A stretch of DNA of 64,000 nt from an uncultured Gemmatimonadaceae bacterium (lineage in GTDB: Bacteria > Gemmatimonadota > Gemmatimonadetes > Gemmatimonadales > Gemmatimonadaceae), in contig CAWHHI010000012.1 in assembly GCA_963829055.1 (NCBI GenBank), positions 160,001 to 224,000 on the forward strand, written 5' to 3'. A model generated the notes under the pieces. It ran no database searches, was not told the DNA's origin, and saw nothing but the letters and a program-made list of their open reading frames with translations. Made by a program: the position numbers and the translations under genes. Shown piece by piece: positions 20,587 through 31,066 of the stretch. Numbering within the stretch: the stretch's first letter is position 1; each line of letters begins with the position of its first letter.

Positions 20587-21697
20587 GTGCCTAGTCCTGA
20601 CCTTTCGCGTTCCGTCGGTGACTCCGAGCCGCTCGTCGAGCGCGACGTGGTCATCGTCGGCGGCGGTCAGTCCGCGCTGGCCGTGAGCTACTACCTCCGA
20701 CGCACGGGATTGTCGTACGTCTTACTCGACGACGGCGCTGCGCCGGGTGGAGCGTGGCGGCACACATGGCGATCATTGCGACTGTTCTCGCCGGCGCAGT
20801 GGAGCTCGCTGCCGGGCCGGCTCATGCCCGGTGGCACGCATCGATATCCGTCGCGGGACGAGGCGCTCGAGTACCTCGCCGACTACGAAACGCGCTACGA
20901 TGTCCCGGTGGTGCGCCCGGCGCGCGTCAATGCGGTGCGGGACGATCGAGAGCGCCTCGTCGTCGATTCCAGCGTGGGACGCTGGTCGGCGCGCGCCGTG
21001 ATCAGCGCGACGGGAACGTGGGCGGCGCCTAACGTGCCGCGCGTGCCGGGTGACGACGTGTTCACTGGGCGGATCCTTCATTCCTCGCGCTATCGCTCGC
21101 CTGAGACATTCGCTGGCCAACGCGTCATCGTCGTGGGAGGCGGGAACTCCGGCGCGCAGATTCTCGCCGACCTGCATGAGCACGCCAGCGTGACGTGGGC
21201 CACGCGATCGCCCCCGACGTTCCTGCCGGACGACATCGACGGTCGGTATCTCTTCAGCGAAGAGAGCGCCCGCTACCGCGCGACGACAGCAGGCACCGCG
21301 GCTCCGCCGCGCACGCTCGGTGACATCGTGATGGTCGAGCCGGTGCGGAAGGCGCGGGACGATGGCGTTCTGAACGCGATACCGATGTTCACCGCATTCA
21401 CGGCTGATGGTGCCATGTGGCCAGACGGGAGCCGCACGCGCGAAGATGCCGTGATTCTCGCGACCGGATTCAAGCCGGCAATCGCGCACCTCGCGCCGCT
21501 CGGCATCATCACGCCTAACGGGAGAGTGGAAGTCCGCGGCACGCGTTCCGTGCGAGACCCGCGCGTCTGGCTTGTCGGGTACGGCGAGTGGACAGGGTAC
21601 GCGTCGGCTACGCTGATCGGGGTCGGACGCACGGCGCGCGCGACTGTGGACGAAGTCGCGCGCGCCCTTCGGTGCCGATGGAGAAGACCGGCCCTAA
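20587..21697 (+). CDS. ArsO-like flavin-containing monooxygenase (probable frameshift just before the stop)
   Basis: IVGGGQSALA, LRLFSPAQWSSLPG, SATG, LHSSRY, VGGGNSGAQI, WTGYASATLIGVG; likely true stop TAA at 21695 in a shifted frame. Confidence 0.85.
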
Positions 21698-21741
21698 CGA
21701 TTGCGGATTCACCCCGCCTGATGATCTCGAGCACCGCGCGC

Positions 21742-22305
21742 TCAGCTGAGCTTGCTTCTGACCGCTTTGGCCCGCTCGAGGTGTGCCTCCATCTTCGGCA
21801 GCGTCTTCGTGATCGCGCGCTTCAGGTTCGCGTCCTTGGTCTTCTCGTCGAGGTCCTTCAGGACGCCGATCGTCTCCTGGTGCAAGTCGATCTGCTCATC
21901 CATGAATTCCTTGTCGAGCTCCTTGCCATCCTTCTTGGCCTTCAGGTCCTCGATATCCTTCTTGAATTCCTTTGCGAGGTCGGCCGCCTTCTCGCTCATC
22001 TGCGGCTCGACGTTGAGCTTGGTCGCGAGCCCATACATGGAGTCGAGCGCCGCACGATGATCCTTGACCATCATGCGCGCGAATTCCTTCACAGTCGGGT
22101 CCGTCCCGTGATTCACTCCGAGCTGGCTGTAGTCGACGACACCGTGGTGTATCATCGCGAGCACACCGATGACTTCCTGTCCGGTGCCCCGTGGTGAGGT
22201 TATGAGCGGGGCGATCGGTTGATCGATCTTCAACGGGCGCGCGGCCAGGATGCCGACTATGCTCAGGGCCAGAGCGGCCGTGAGTCGAAGCACTTGGGTC
22301 TGCAT
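21742..22305 (-). CDS. DUF4142-like exported ferritin-fold protein
   Basis: GGAGG RBS; signal peptide; VKEFARMMVKDH, FMDEQIDLHQE, LPKMEAHLERAK. Confidence 0.8.
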   Translation of the reverse strand: MQTQVLRLTAALALSIVGILAARPLKIDQPIAPLITSPRGTGQEVIGVLAMIHHGVVDYSQLGVNHGTDPTVKEFARMMVKDHRAALDSMYGLATKLNVEPQMSEKAADLAKEFKKDIEDLKAKKDGKELDKEFMDEQIDLHQETIGVLKDLDEKTKDANLKRAITKTLPKMEAHLERAKAVRSKLS

Positions 22306-22878
22306 GTCCCCCTCCGAGTTAGGCATGACACGCAAACGTCGGGACAAGCCTCGTGCGGCGAAAGTGTCCCGATGGTAGCATCTGATCGGACGGCGGCGCA
22401 CCACTGGCGCCAGTATCGTGCGGCATGCGCCATGATCCCACAAACCTGGACCACGTGGCCATGAGCAGGCCGCTTCTATCCGAGCGCATGACGGCGGCAC
22501 TCGCCACGCGGTGGCGACTGGACGCGCCAGTTGCCGATCGCGCCCTGCGGCGTTCTGGACGCGGCGGGTCGTTGGCGGACCGCCTGCGCTGTGGCTGCGA
22601 TGCCCGCCCAGTTGGACAAGACGCCGAACGCAACGCGACGCCTAACGGCATTCCGCGGCTGCCCCAGAACAGGCCACGCCGGTGGGTGCCTAACGGCGCA
22701 GCAAGTGCCACACGCTCGCACGACGGGCGGCCTCGGGTGGCTGGCGTCCGGCAACGTACATGCACCGACGACCGCGATCACGCGCTGGTCGAGAGCGAGG
22801 CCGAACTCCTGGCCGAGGCGGCAACACGATACACGGCAGCGGAGGCCGGAGCACCGGCCCGGAAGGCTCGCGCAGTAG

Positions 22879-22902
22879 GGCGATACACCAGGCGATACAC
22901 CA
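22879..22902. repeat. 12-bp tandem direct repeat about 70 bp from the tRNA 3' end
   Basis: GGCGATACACCA twice in tandem. Confidence 0.8.
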
Positions 22903-22972
22903 CCGTACCGACGCCCAGCATTGCCTTGACAGTTAGGCGGGATAATCGCTTTGAATTCCGGCAGTTACAGCA

Positions 22973-23045
<73 letters not shown>

Positions 23046-23114
23046 GCTCGTGCAGGTCGATGAATCTATTCACCCGCCCGCGCCCGTGGCACTGATTCCC
23101 CGCGTCGATCCCGC

Positions 23115-25175
23115 CTACGACACCAGCAGGTGCTTCACGACTTTCACGAGCGCCATAGGCAGCTGCTGTGGATTGCGCAGCACGGCGTGCCCAGCCTCGC
23201 CAAAGATCCGACCCAGGTACTCCTGGCCCTGGCGGTCGATGGTCAGGCAGAACGGATAGACCCCCTGCCCACGCGCCTCGATGATCGCCTGACGCGTATC
23301 CTCGACGCCGCTCAGCCCCTCGTAGTCATCCACGTCGTTCGGCTTTCCGTCGGAGATGATCAGGAGCAGCCGGTGCGCTGCCGGCTGCTCCTCCAGTAAC
23401 GCCGCGGCGTGGCGGATGGCGGCACCGGCGCGTGTGTACCCCTCGGGCTCGAGCGCAGCCATGCGGCGCCGTACGAGCTTTCCGTTCTGCTCGTCGAATG
23501 ACTTGATCGTCCTCATGCGCACGTTGCTGCGTCCCTTGCCTGAGAACGTCAGCACGGCGTAGAGATCGCCCAGCGCGTCGAGAGCCTCGCTGGCGAGCAG
23601 CAGTGCCACTTTCTCGACGTCGATCACCCGTCGCTGGGAGTCCACCCATTCATCCGTCGACCCGCTGATGTCGATGAGCAGCATGATCGCGATACCCCGG
23701 CGCGCAGGGCGGACGGCGATGTAGAGCCGGTCATCCACACCGTGGCCAGCGCGCTGGTCCACGAGCGCACGCACACACGCCGACAGATCGAGCGCGTCGC
23801 CATCGCGCTGCTGCGACATTCGGGACCGTCGCGCGCGCAAGCGCTCGAACCGCTCCCGGAGGCGCCTAACGAGCGCGCCGTGCCGCGCGAGAATCGCATC
23901 GCCCCACCGGTCGTCGGCGACGTCCGGCTCGTGCCGGCGTACGACCGCGCCGGCGGCGCGATAGTCTCCGGTTTCCCAGTCCCACTCCGGGTACTCGATG
24001 CCCTCCCCTGCCGGCTTCGGCCGCGGAACGCGACTCTTCGCGCGTGTCCGATGCGCTGCGCCCTCCGCTCGGCGATCGGCTTCCGTCGCTGACTCGGGAG
24101 AGTCCGGCTCCATCGCGCCCGCATCACGCTCCGCCGCGTCGTTGTGAGGCTTCGCCTGCACCGCGCCGGCCTCCGCGCCCGTGCCATCCGACGATGCGAC
24201 TCGTCGCTGCCCTTCCGCGTGAGGCACGACCTTCCCGTCGCGCCGAGCGTCGGTGCTGCCCTCGTCGACACCGCTCTGACTCGATTGCTTGCCACCGCTT
24301 CCTGACCCACGACCGAACTGTCCAACGCCGTACTTGCTACCGCGGAACGCCGCCAGATCATCAGCGGGCTTGATGGGCGCGGCGCCAGGTTTCGGCGGAG
24401 GAATGCGCACGTTGCCCCACGGCGCGACGGGCGCGATGCCGCGGTACTTCCCGCTGACCTCGGGCGTTTCACTGATCGTGCGCCGCGCCCATTCCAGCGA
24501 ATCGTCAGGCGATCCGGCCGAGGCGCCGGCGCCAGAGCTCGGTCGCGTTAGGTCCGTCGCCAACGACTTTCGGAGCAGACTCTCGACTGCACGCTCCGCC
24601 GCCGTCAATGCAATCAGTGACGGTCGCATTCCGAGCGCCTGCGCGCGGGCGGCGACGAGCGCGCTACGAAGGCCCGGGACAGATCGCGCGATCGCCGCGT
24701 CCACCTCCGCGCCCTCGCGCAACAGGTACAGGTCACGCTCGACTGACGTCGCCGCTGCGGACACCCGCGACGTGGTCCCGCGCGCGATCCGCTCCGCCTG
24801 CTCGATTGCCATGAGTCGATACTCGGTGAGCGCGCTCTCGACATCGCCCCGCGCGATCTCGCGCGGAAGTTGAATGCGCTCGCCGTCAGTCGCCGGTAGC
24901 GGCGCGCTGTGACGCAGATGCGCCGGGCCCACGAGATCGCGAATGAACGACCACGCTTTCCGCTTCGGCGCCTCGGCGACCGTGATGGGAATCGGTCGGT
25001 CGTACACCGCGGTCACGAGCAGCTCGAGCCGACGACGAACGTCATCGAGCCGCACGACACCGCGCCGCTGACCCGCGAGCGCCGTGCGCGCAGTCCCGAG
25101 TGCGGCGACGACATTCGCCGCCGCGCGACGGATCGCCGAGGTCGCGCCCGCGCCCACGATCGGCGAGTAAGCCAC
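23115..25175 (-). CDS. norD: NorD/CbbO-like VWA domain protein
   Basis: YPEWDW, MIDAS motifs DISGS, GYTRAG, ISDGKPND; adjacent to a NorQ-type ATPase. Confidence 0.8.
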   Translation of the reverse strand: MAYSPIVGAGATSAIRRAAANVVAALGTARTALAGQRRGVVRLDDVRRRLELLVTAVYDRPIPITVAEAPKRKAWSFIRDLVGPAHLRHSAPLPATDGERIQLPREIARGDVESALTEYRLMAIEQAERIARGTTSRVSAAATSVERDLYLLREGAEVDAAIARSVPGLRSALVAARAQALGMRPSLIALTAAERAVESLLRKSLATDLTRPSSGAGASAGSPDDSLEWARRTISETPEVSGKYRGIAPVAPWGNVRIPPPKPGAAPIKPADDLAAFRGSKYGVGQFGRGSGSGGKQSSQSGVDEGSTDARRDGKVVPHAEGQRRVASSDGTGAEAGAVQAKPHNDAAERDAGAMEPDSPESATEADRRAEGAAHRTRAKSRVPRPKPAGEGIEYPEWDWETGDYRAAGAVVRRHEPDVADDRWGDAILARHGALVRRLRERFERLRARRSRMSQQRDGDALDLSACVRALVDQRAGHGVDDRLYIAVRPARRGIAIMLLIDISGSTDEWVDSQRRVIDVEKVALLLASEALDALGDLYAVLTFSGKGRSNVRMRTIKSFDEQNGKLVRRRMAALEPEGYTRAGAAIRHAAALLEEQPAAHRLLLIISDGKPNDVDDYEGLSGVEDTRQAIIEARGQGVYPFCLTIDRQGQEYLGRIFGEAGHAVLRNPQQLPMALVKVVKHLLVS

Positions 25176-25178
25176 GCG

Positions 25179-26072
25179 CTACAGCGTCGCGTTGACGATG
25201 TCGGAGATCGCGAGAACCAGGTCTGGATCGTCGGTCAGCGGACCGACCAACGCGGCGCGACACGCAGCCGCCGGTGCGATGCCACTCGCGACCAGGCGCG
25301 CCGTCGCAACGAGGAGCCGCGTGCTCGGCGCCTCCGCCAACCCCTGGTCCCGAAGGCGACGCACGCGTTGGCCGATTCTGACGAGAGCGTCGGCGACTTC
25401 CGCGTCGACTCCACTCTCGTGAGCGACGATCGTGGCCTCGACATCGGGCGGAGGAAAGTCGAAGTCGAGCGCCACGAATCGCTGCCGCGTGCTCGGCTTG
25501 AGGTCCTTGATCGCGTGCTGATAGCCCGGGTTGTACGAGATGACGACCTGAAAGCCGCGGGCGGCCTCGATGAGCTCGCCGGTTCGCTCGATAGGCAGCA
25601 ACCGACGATCGTCGGTGAGCGGGTGGATCACGACGACGGTGTCCTGCCGCGCTTCCACGATCTCGTCGAGGTAGCAGATGGCGCCCGTACGCGCGGCAAT
25701 GGTGAGTGGCCCGTCGACCCACACGGTCTCGCCACCGCGAATGAGGTACCGCCCCGTTAGGTCGCTCGCCGAAAGGTCGTCGTGACACGCGATCGTGACG
25801 AGCGGCCGCTGGAGTCGCCAGGCCATGTGCTCGACGAATCGCGTCTTTCCACACCCCGTCGGCCCCTTGAGCATCACAGGGAGTGCGCGCTCGTGACACA
25901 TTGAGAAGATCTCGATCTCGTCGCCCGTCGCTACGTAGTACGGCTCGTCCTCGGCTGGGAGCCGAACGCCATGCTGGACCGCCGAGCGGTCGTCCGTTGA
26001 GGGAGCTCGCACCAGGTCGAATGGAAAGAGGTGGAACGGCAGCGACGAGCCAGTCACCGGTTGCGCGGGCAA
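25179..26072 (-). CDS. norQ: CbbQ/NirQ/NorQ family MoxR AAA+ ATPase
   Basis: LKGPTGCGKTRFVEHMA, CHDDL, WVDGPLT, YLDEIVEARQD, SYNPGYQ, KPSTRQRF; start uncertain. Confidence 0.9.
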   Translation of the reverse strand: MPAQPVTGSSLPFHLFPFDLVRAPSTDDRSAVQHGVRLPAEDEPYYVATGDEIEIFSMCHERALPVMLKGPTGCGKTRFVEHMAWRLQRPLVTIACHDDLSASDLTGRYLIRGGETVWVDGPLTIAARTGAICYLDEIVEARQDTVVVIHPLTDDRRLLPIERTGELIEAARGFQVVISYNPGYQHAIKDLKPSTRQRFVALDFDFPPPDVEATIVAHESGVDAEVADALVRIGQRVRRLRDQGLAEAPSTRLLVATARLVASGIAPAAACRAALVGPLTDDPDLVLAISDIVNATL

Positions 26073-26305
26073 TCTAGACCGATGTCAGTGGACCCGAAAC
26101 GTTGCTTGCACGGCGCGGACCCCGCTCGAACATGTGCAACTGTCCAGCCTGGTCCTCGGCAGGGAACGCGAGCGCTTTCACCTTGGCGCTCCAACCCAGC
26201 TCATGTCCAATAGGGGAAGCGACGTGCTACGTCACGCTTCCCGCTCCGCCGTCAGGGATGCCGTCCTCAGGGGATACGGTCCTCGGCGCGCGACGTCTCG
26301 CGCGC

Positions 26306-27151
26306 CTAACGATAGCACTCCACCATCACGGTCACGCGGCGTCCTATGTCTCCAACATCCGCGTTTCCGAGCCGCGCGTTTGACGGAGCGGTGCGATAGC
26401 GAATCGCGAGGTCGTCGAGAAACGTGCGCGCGATATCCGCCTTCAACGCGAAGTTCACGTTCTGCGGGAGATCGCCTGTCTCCTCTGCCACCACGCGGGC
26501 GTTCAACTTCGTGACGACGATGCCGACCACGTTCCCGCTCGCATCGAATAGCGGCCCGCCGCTGCTGCCTTGCTGGACAGGAGCGCTCATCTGGAGAATC
26601 GCCGGGTCGTTGTGGATGCCTGCCAATGCGCTCACCGATCCGGTTGTCACGCTCGGCTCATCGGCGAGGAGACCCGCCAGTGGAAATCCGACGGCAACGA
26701 TGTCGTCTCCTGGCCGGATCGCAGCGCCAACCCGAAAAGCTGCAACGCCACCGAACGTTGCGTCGGCGCGGATCACGGCCAGATCGTCGTGCGCATGCAG
26801 CGCGACCACCTGCGCCTTGAACCCAGTCGACGAATCGGCACGCACGGACACGCTCTGACAGCCGTTCACGACATGGCGGTTCGTGACGATGTAGCCATCA
26901 GGGGAAACGATGAACCCGGAACCGCTCGCGTCCGGTCCGGCGCGACGGGTGAGACCAACGCTCGGCCCGGCGCGCGATGACGTCGGACGGGGCACCGCGT
27001 CTCGTGGCGGAATTCTCTCGCGACCACAGCGCTCGGAGGCGGCGTCGGCGTGATCACCGAACGACTCGGCGAACGGGCCGGCGCCATCCCGCGGTGTACC
27101 GCGGCCATTGCCACGCACACCACGGCAATACCGACCCTGGTCAGGAAACAT
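26306..27151 (-). CDS. Trypsin-like (S1C-type) serine protease without PDZ; N-terminal part probably frameshifted
   Basis: SGSGFIVSPDGYIVTNRHVV, DDLAV, QGSSGGPL catalytic triad motifs. Confidence 0.85.
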   Translation of the reverse strand: MFPDQGRYCRGVRGNGRGTPRDGAGPFAESFGDHADAASERCGRERIPPRDAVPRPTSSRAGPSVGLTRRAGPDASGSGFIVSPDGYIVTNRHVVNGCQSVSVRADSSTGFKAQVVALHAHDDLAVIRADATFGGVAAFRVGAAIRPGDDIVAVGFPLAGLLADEPSVTTGSVSALAGIHNDPAILQMSAPVQQGSSGGPLFDASGNVVGIVVTKLNARVVAEETGDLPQNVNFALKADIARTFLDDLAIRYRTAPSNARLGNADVGDIGRRVTVMVECYR

Positions 27152-27231
27152 TCTCGTCGGCCCCATCCCTCAAGGACGACGGGCTGGGATAGCCGGTTAC
27201 TCAGAGCCACCGATTCCAGCGCACCGGATGC

Positions 27232-27263
27232 GAAAAGCCCCGGCCAGCTGGCCGGGGCTTTTC
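27232..27263. terminator. Perfect 32-bp palindrome, probable bidirectional terminator after the OmpA-family gene
   Basis: GAAAAGCCCCGGCCAG|CTGGCCGGGGCTTTTC. Confidence 0.85.
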
Positions 27264-27309
27264 CTAACGAGTGCCTTCCAGATGGAAGCGCGCTAGTCAG
27301 TCCGTGCAG

Positions 27310-27979
27310 TTACTGGGGCAGCGAAGCGGTCGCCGCCGCAGCGGTCGCACCGTTCGTCTCGACGACGAACACAACGCGGCGGTTCGCCTCGGCGCCCGGA
27401 TCTTCCTTCTGCGCCTTGTGCGTTGACCAGGCGGCTCTCGCCGTAACCGACCGTGCGGATGTTGGCCGTGTTCAGCCCCTTCTCGCCGAGGTACGCCGCA
27501 ACCGCATCAGCGCGACGCTTCGACAGATCCATGTTGTAGCGCGTGGAGCCGGCCGGATCGGCGAAGCCTTCGACCGTGATCAACGAGCCAGAGTAGTACT
27601 TGTTCGCAACGTTGGCAAAGCGATCGAGGGCGGCCTTGTCGGCCTCACGAACGCTCGCATCGTCAAACGCAAAGTTCACCGGGAAGGCGAACTTCAGGCC
27701 CTCTTCCATGGCCGTGATCTTCGCGCCGAACTCGGTGCGAAGCGCGGTCAGGTCGTTACGAAGGCTCGTAACATCGGTCTTCACCGTCGCGACTTCTGAC
27801 TTGACGCCAGCAAGGTCGCTGGAAACGGTCGCGATCGAATTGCTCAGGCCGCTATCAGCGGCGATGCGAGCGGCACGCTCATCCCGAACCGACGTGCGGA
27901 CGAAACCCTTCGTCGCGCATGCGCCAAGGACGGTCGAACCCAGGATCACCGCTCCGACTGCACGCAGATTTGCTCTCAT
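27310..27979 (-). CDS. OmpA/Pal-family peptidoglycan-binding lipoprotein with coiled-coil (frameshift near 27420)
   Basis: Lipobox LGAC; heptad region; VEGFADPAG...YNMDLSKRRADAV; NRRVVF in the shifted frame. Confidence 0.9.
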
Positions 27980-28095
27980 ATCGCTGCTCTCCAATTGCAA
28001 AGAGGTCTCGACTCCACCACGACGATTTCACTGAATTGCGAAAACCGTACCGGAGCGTAGCGAACGTCGCACTTGCCTATCTTTCGACGTTACAG

Positions 28096-28195
28096 TGTGA
28101 TGAGCATCACACGAAATACGCGTTCGCCGCACAAAAGTCTCCGTGACGAGCAATTAAACGAAAAGCAACGGCGAAAACCTGAGACGTACATCACA
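28096..28195. promoter_or_regulatory. Two CRP/FNR-family-type boxes upstream of the OmpA-family gene
   Basis: TGTGA-TGAGCA-TCACA (28096-28111) and TGAGA-CGTACA-TCACA (28180-28195) in an AT-rich intergenic region. Confidence 0.65.
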
Positions 28196-28213
28196 AACGT
28201 TAAAAAAATTTGA

Positions 28214-29133
28214 CTATGTGGCCGAACGCGCGAGCCATTCGCCGCCGTCTACCACGAGTATCGCGCCCGTAATCCAGCTGGCCGCGGGCGATGCGAGAAA
28301 CACCACCGCATTCGCGATGTCGCGCGGCGTTCCCCAGCGCGCGAGTGGGATCTGTCGCGCACGCTGCTCGATTGCGACGCGGACGCGTTCACTCGCATCG
28401 TGCTGACCCGCATCACTCGTTATGCGCTCGCCGGTACGTGCGCTCGTGCGTTCGTTCGGCGTGCAGCCGGCGGCTCGGCCGCGCCGCCGAAGAGATCCTT
28501 CCCTGCAGGCGGACGGGCGAACGCCTTCAGCACGCCCTCCGTGGGGACCGGGCCGGGCGCTACGGCGTTCACTCGGACGCGGTCGGACGCCCACTCGACG
28601 GCGAGCGTCTTCGTCAGCGCGTCGATGCCGCCCTTGGCCGCGGTCGCGTGCGCCATCTGCGGCCAGCCGCGGTAGTGAAGCGTCATGGAGATGTTGACGA
28701 TGCTGCCGCCACCCGCCGCGCGCATGTGCGGCAGAGCCGCCTGCGAGCAGAAGAACGTCCCGTACAGATCGATCTCGACGACGCTTCGCCACGCGTTAGG
28801 GCTCATCGTCTCGGACGGCACATAGAAGTTGCCGGCGGCGTTGTTGACGAGCAGGTCCAGCCGCCCGCGCTGTCCAACGACCTCCGCCATCGTCGCCTGC
28901 ACGCGCTCCGGATCACGGACATCGAGCGTCGCGATGGACGCCGCACCACCCGACGCCCGGATGCGTTCGGCGGCGGGCTCGAGATGTTCCGTTCGCCGGC
29001 TCGCGAGCACAACGTGCATGCCGAGTGACGCGAGCAGCTCGGCGATCCCGAACCCGATGCCGGTCCCGCCGCCCGTGATGATGCCCGTCTGACCCGCGAG
29101 GAGTCCGTCGCGAAAGATAGGCGCGTCAGGCAC
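28214..29133 (-). CDS. SDR oxidoreductase, 2,4-dienoyl-CoA reductase-like (frameshift near 28425)
   Basis: [34 protein letters not shown]-terminal IPLARWGTP...VDGG in the adjacent frame. Confidence 0.87.
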
Positions 29134-29161
29134 GGAGCTCTCCGGTGTGAGATGAGTGTCG

Positions 29162-29932
29162 TTAGGCGCCGGTCTCCATCGCCATCACGTCCAGCATCAC
29201 GTGCGCAATGGAATCCGGAGGCGACGCATGAGGCACGAACGCGTCAGCAGGACCGTCGATGACGACCTCGGGCGGCGAATCGAAGTCCAGCGACAGTTGC
29301 TGCCGAATGCGCATGAAACTCTTTCGGTGATGCGGCGTGATGCCGGCGGCGGCCAGCCCCGCCACGTGATCGGGCGTAGCGTAGCCGACGTTCTGCGACC
29401 ATCGATACGACGGATAGCGTTCGCTCAGGCTGTGCATCAGTCGATCACGCGTCACCTTCGCGATGATCGACGCACACGCGATGGAGAAGCATCGCGCATC
29501 GCCGTGAACGACCGCCGTGTGCGGAATGGTCAGCGACCGGATCGCCTTCCCGTCAATGAGCACATGGTCCGGGGGCACGCGGAGGCGGCCGAGCGCCCGC
29601 CGCATGGCGAGCGTACTGGCGTGATAGATGTTGAGACGATCGATCTCGCGTACCGACGCCGCGCCAAGGCCAATTGCAAGCGCGCGCTCGCGTATGAGCT
29701 TCGCGAGCCGGACGCGTTCGGCGGCAGTGAGGGCCTTCGAGTCGTCGACGCCGCGAATGGCTCGCGCGTCGGGCGGCATGATGACGGCACATGCGACGAC
29801 GGGGCCCGCAAGGGGGCCCCGTCCGACCTCATCGACTCCGGCGATGAGTGGGCCGCGTTGCTTCCGCAGTTCCCGCTCTATGTCGCTCCAACGTCGGCGC
29901 GCTGGTCCCGCCGAGCGCCGACGATCCGGCAT
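29162..29932 (-). CDS. rnhB: Ribonuclease HII
   Basis: AGVDEVGRGPLAGPV, DDSKAL, SIACASIIAKVTRD, HHRKSF; follows rplS. Confidence 0.96.
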   Translation of the reverse strand: MPDRRRSAGPARRRWSDIERELRKQRGPLIAGVDEVGRGPLAGPVVACAVIMPPDARAIRGVDDSKALTAAERVRLAKLIRERALAIGLGAASVREIDRLNIYHASTLAMRRALGRLRVPPDHVLIDGKAIRSLTIPHTAVVHGDARCFSIACASIIAKVTRDRLMHSLSERYPSYRWSQNVGYATPDHVAGLAAAGITPHHRKSFMRIRQQLSLDFDSPPEVVIDGPADAFVPHASPPDSIAHVMLDVMAMETGA

Positions 29933-29934
29933 GC

Positions 29935-30321
29935 TCAGGTCTCCGAGGTAGCAGCCTCGGTGACGGGAACGGCGACGCGAACTTTCTTCTCGCGAATTCT
30001 CGTGGCCTTACCCGTGAGGTGACGCAGGTAGTAGAGTTTTGCGCGACGGACGCGCCCGCGCCGGACGACATGGATCTCGGCGAGCATCGGGCTGTGCACC
30101 GGGAAGATGCGCTCGACGCCGACGCTGTTCGAGATCTTGCGGACGGTGAACGTCTCGCTGACGCCGCTGCCGCGTCGCGCAATGCAGACGCCTTCGAACG
30201 CCTGAAGTCGCTCCTTGTCGCCTTCCTTCACCCGCACGTTGACGCGCAACGTGTCACCGGGGCGGAACGGCGGGACGTTGGGACGGAGCCACTCTTTCTG
30301 GGTTTCGATGAACGGATGCAT
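29935..30321 (-). CDS. rplS: 50S ribosomal protein L19
   Basis: [35 protein letters not shown]. Confidence 0.98.
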   Translation of the reverse strand: MHPFIETQKEWLRPNVPPFRPGDTLRVNVRVKEGDKERLQAFEGVCIARRGSGVSETFTVRKISNSVGVERIFPVHSPMLAEIHVVRRGRVRRAKLYYLRHLTGKATRIREKKVRVAVPVTEAATSET

Positions 30322-30480
30322 ATGACGCTCTGGGCTGAAAGGTCTTGCCCGATAAAGGGTTCGCTTGGCAGACCCACAACTTAAGCGACCAGTATCGTCC
30401 TCGCCAGCCACAGCCCAGGCTTCTCCCGGGTGCTGACGGCGTATTTTGGCGGCACTGAGCCCCGGAGTGGGGTCGGGCTG

Positions 30481-30981
30481 CTACTGGATGGGCCCGCGCA
30501 GTGCGCCTTGCGGCTCACGCGTCGTACGAAGCGAAACGTAGAAGTTCGCGGGATTCGCCCGGAGCTCGTCAAGCAGCGGCGCGCCCACAGGATCGACCAG
30601 CACGCCGGTGCCACGTACCTGGATGTACTTGTCCTTGAGCGACGCGCCATTGAACAGCGTTACGACAGGTGCCCCGGCGCGGCCGGCTCGGTAAATGAGC
30701 GCCGCCGTGAAGTTCTCACCCGAGGGGTTGTAGACATTCAGGTGGTACTCCAATGTGCTGTCCTTCCGCACCTTGAGCTCCACTCGCCCGCGAGCGAACG
30801 AACGGGCGGCCGCTCCTGCCGTCCGACCACCAGTCGGCGCAGTCAGTCCGGATGAGAATACTCGTCGCGCTCCTCCATCCCCCGGAACCGACGCGGTTGG
30901 CGCCGGCATGTTGGCCACGTTGCCGGTCGCTGCATCGAGGCAGCCGGTAAGGGGAATCAGCAGGAGGAGAGCAAGTCGCAT
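30481..30981 (-). CDS. CHRD-domain-like lipoprotein
   Basis: Lipobox LTGC; C-terminal NPANFYVSLRTTREPQGALRGPI resembles the CHRD YvNvHT...GeiRGq end. Confidence 0.65.
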   Translation of the reverse strand: MRLALLLLIPLTGCLDAATGNVANMPAPTASVPGDGGARRVFSSGLTAPTGGRTAGAAARSFARGRVELKVRKDSTLEYHLNVYNPSGENFTAALIYRAGRAGAPVVTLFNGASLKDKYIQVRGTGVLVDPVGAPLLDELRANPANFYVSLRTTREPQGALRGPIQ

Positions 30982-31066
30982 TCGGCAGAGGAACGAGTAT
31001 CGGTCGGCGCGGCGTTCTGCCAGGGTACCAAGGTCCTAGGCACGACCCATTCCACCACGTGATGGG

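Noticed and set aside
20239..22197. 652-aa ORF suggesting an extended monooxygenase fusion
   Set aside because: The N-terminal part overlaps the divergent kinase start region and the C-terminal part is the antisense of the DUF4142 gene. The real gene is about 20587-21697.
22921..22946. TTGACA followed by GATAAT near the tRNA as a promoter
   Set aside because: The spacing is only 9 nt, incompatible with a sigma70 promoter.
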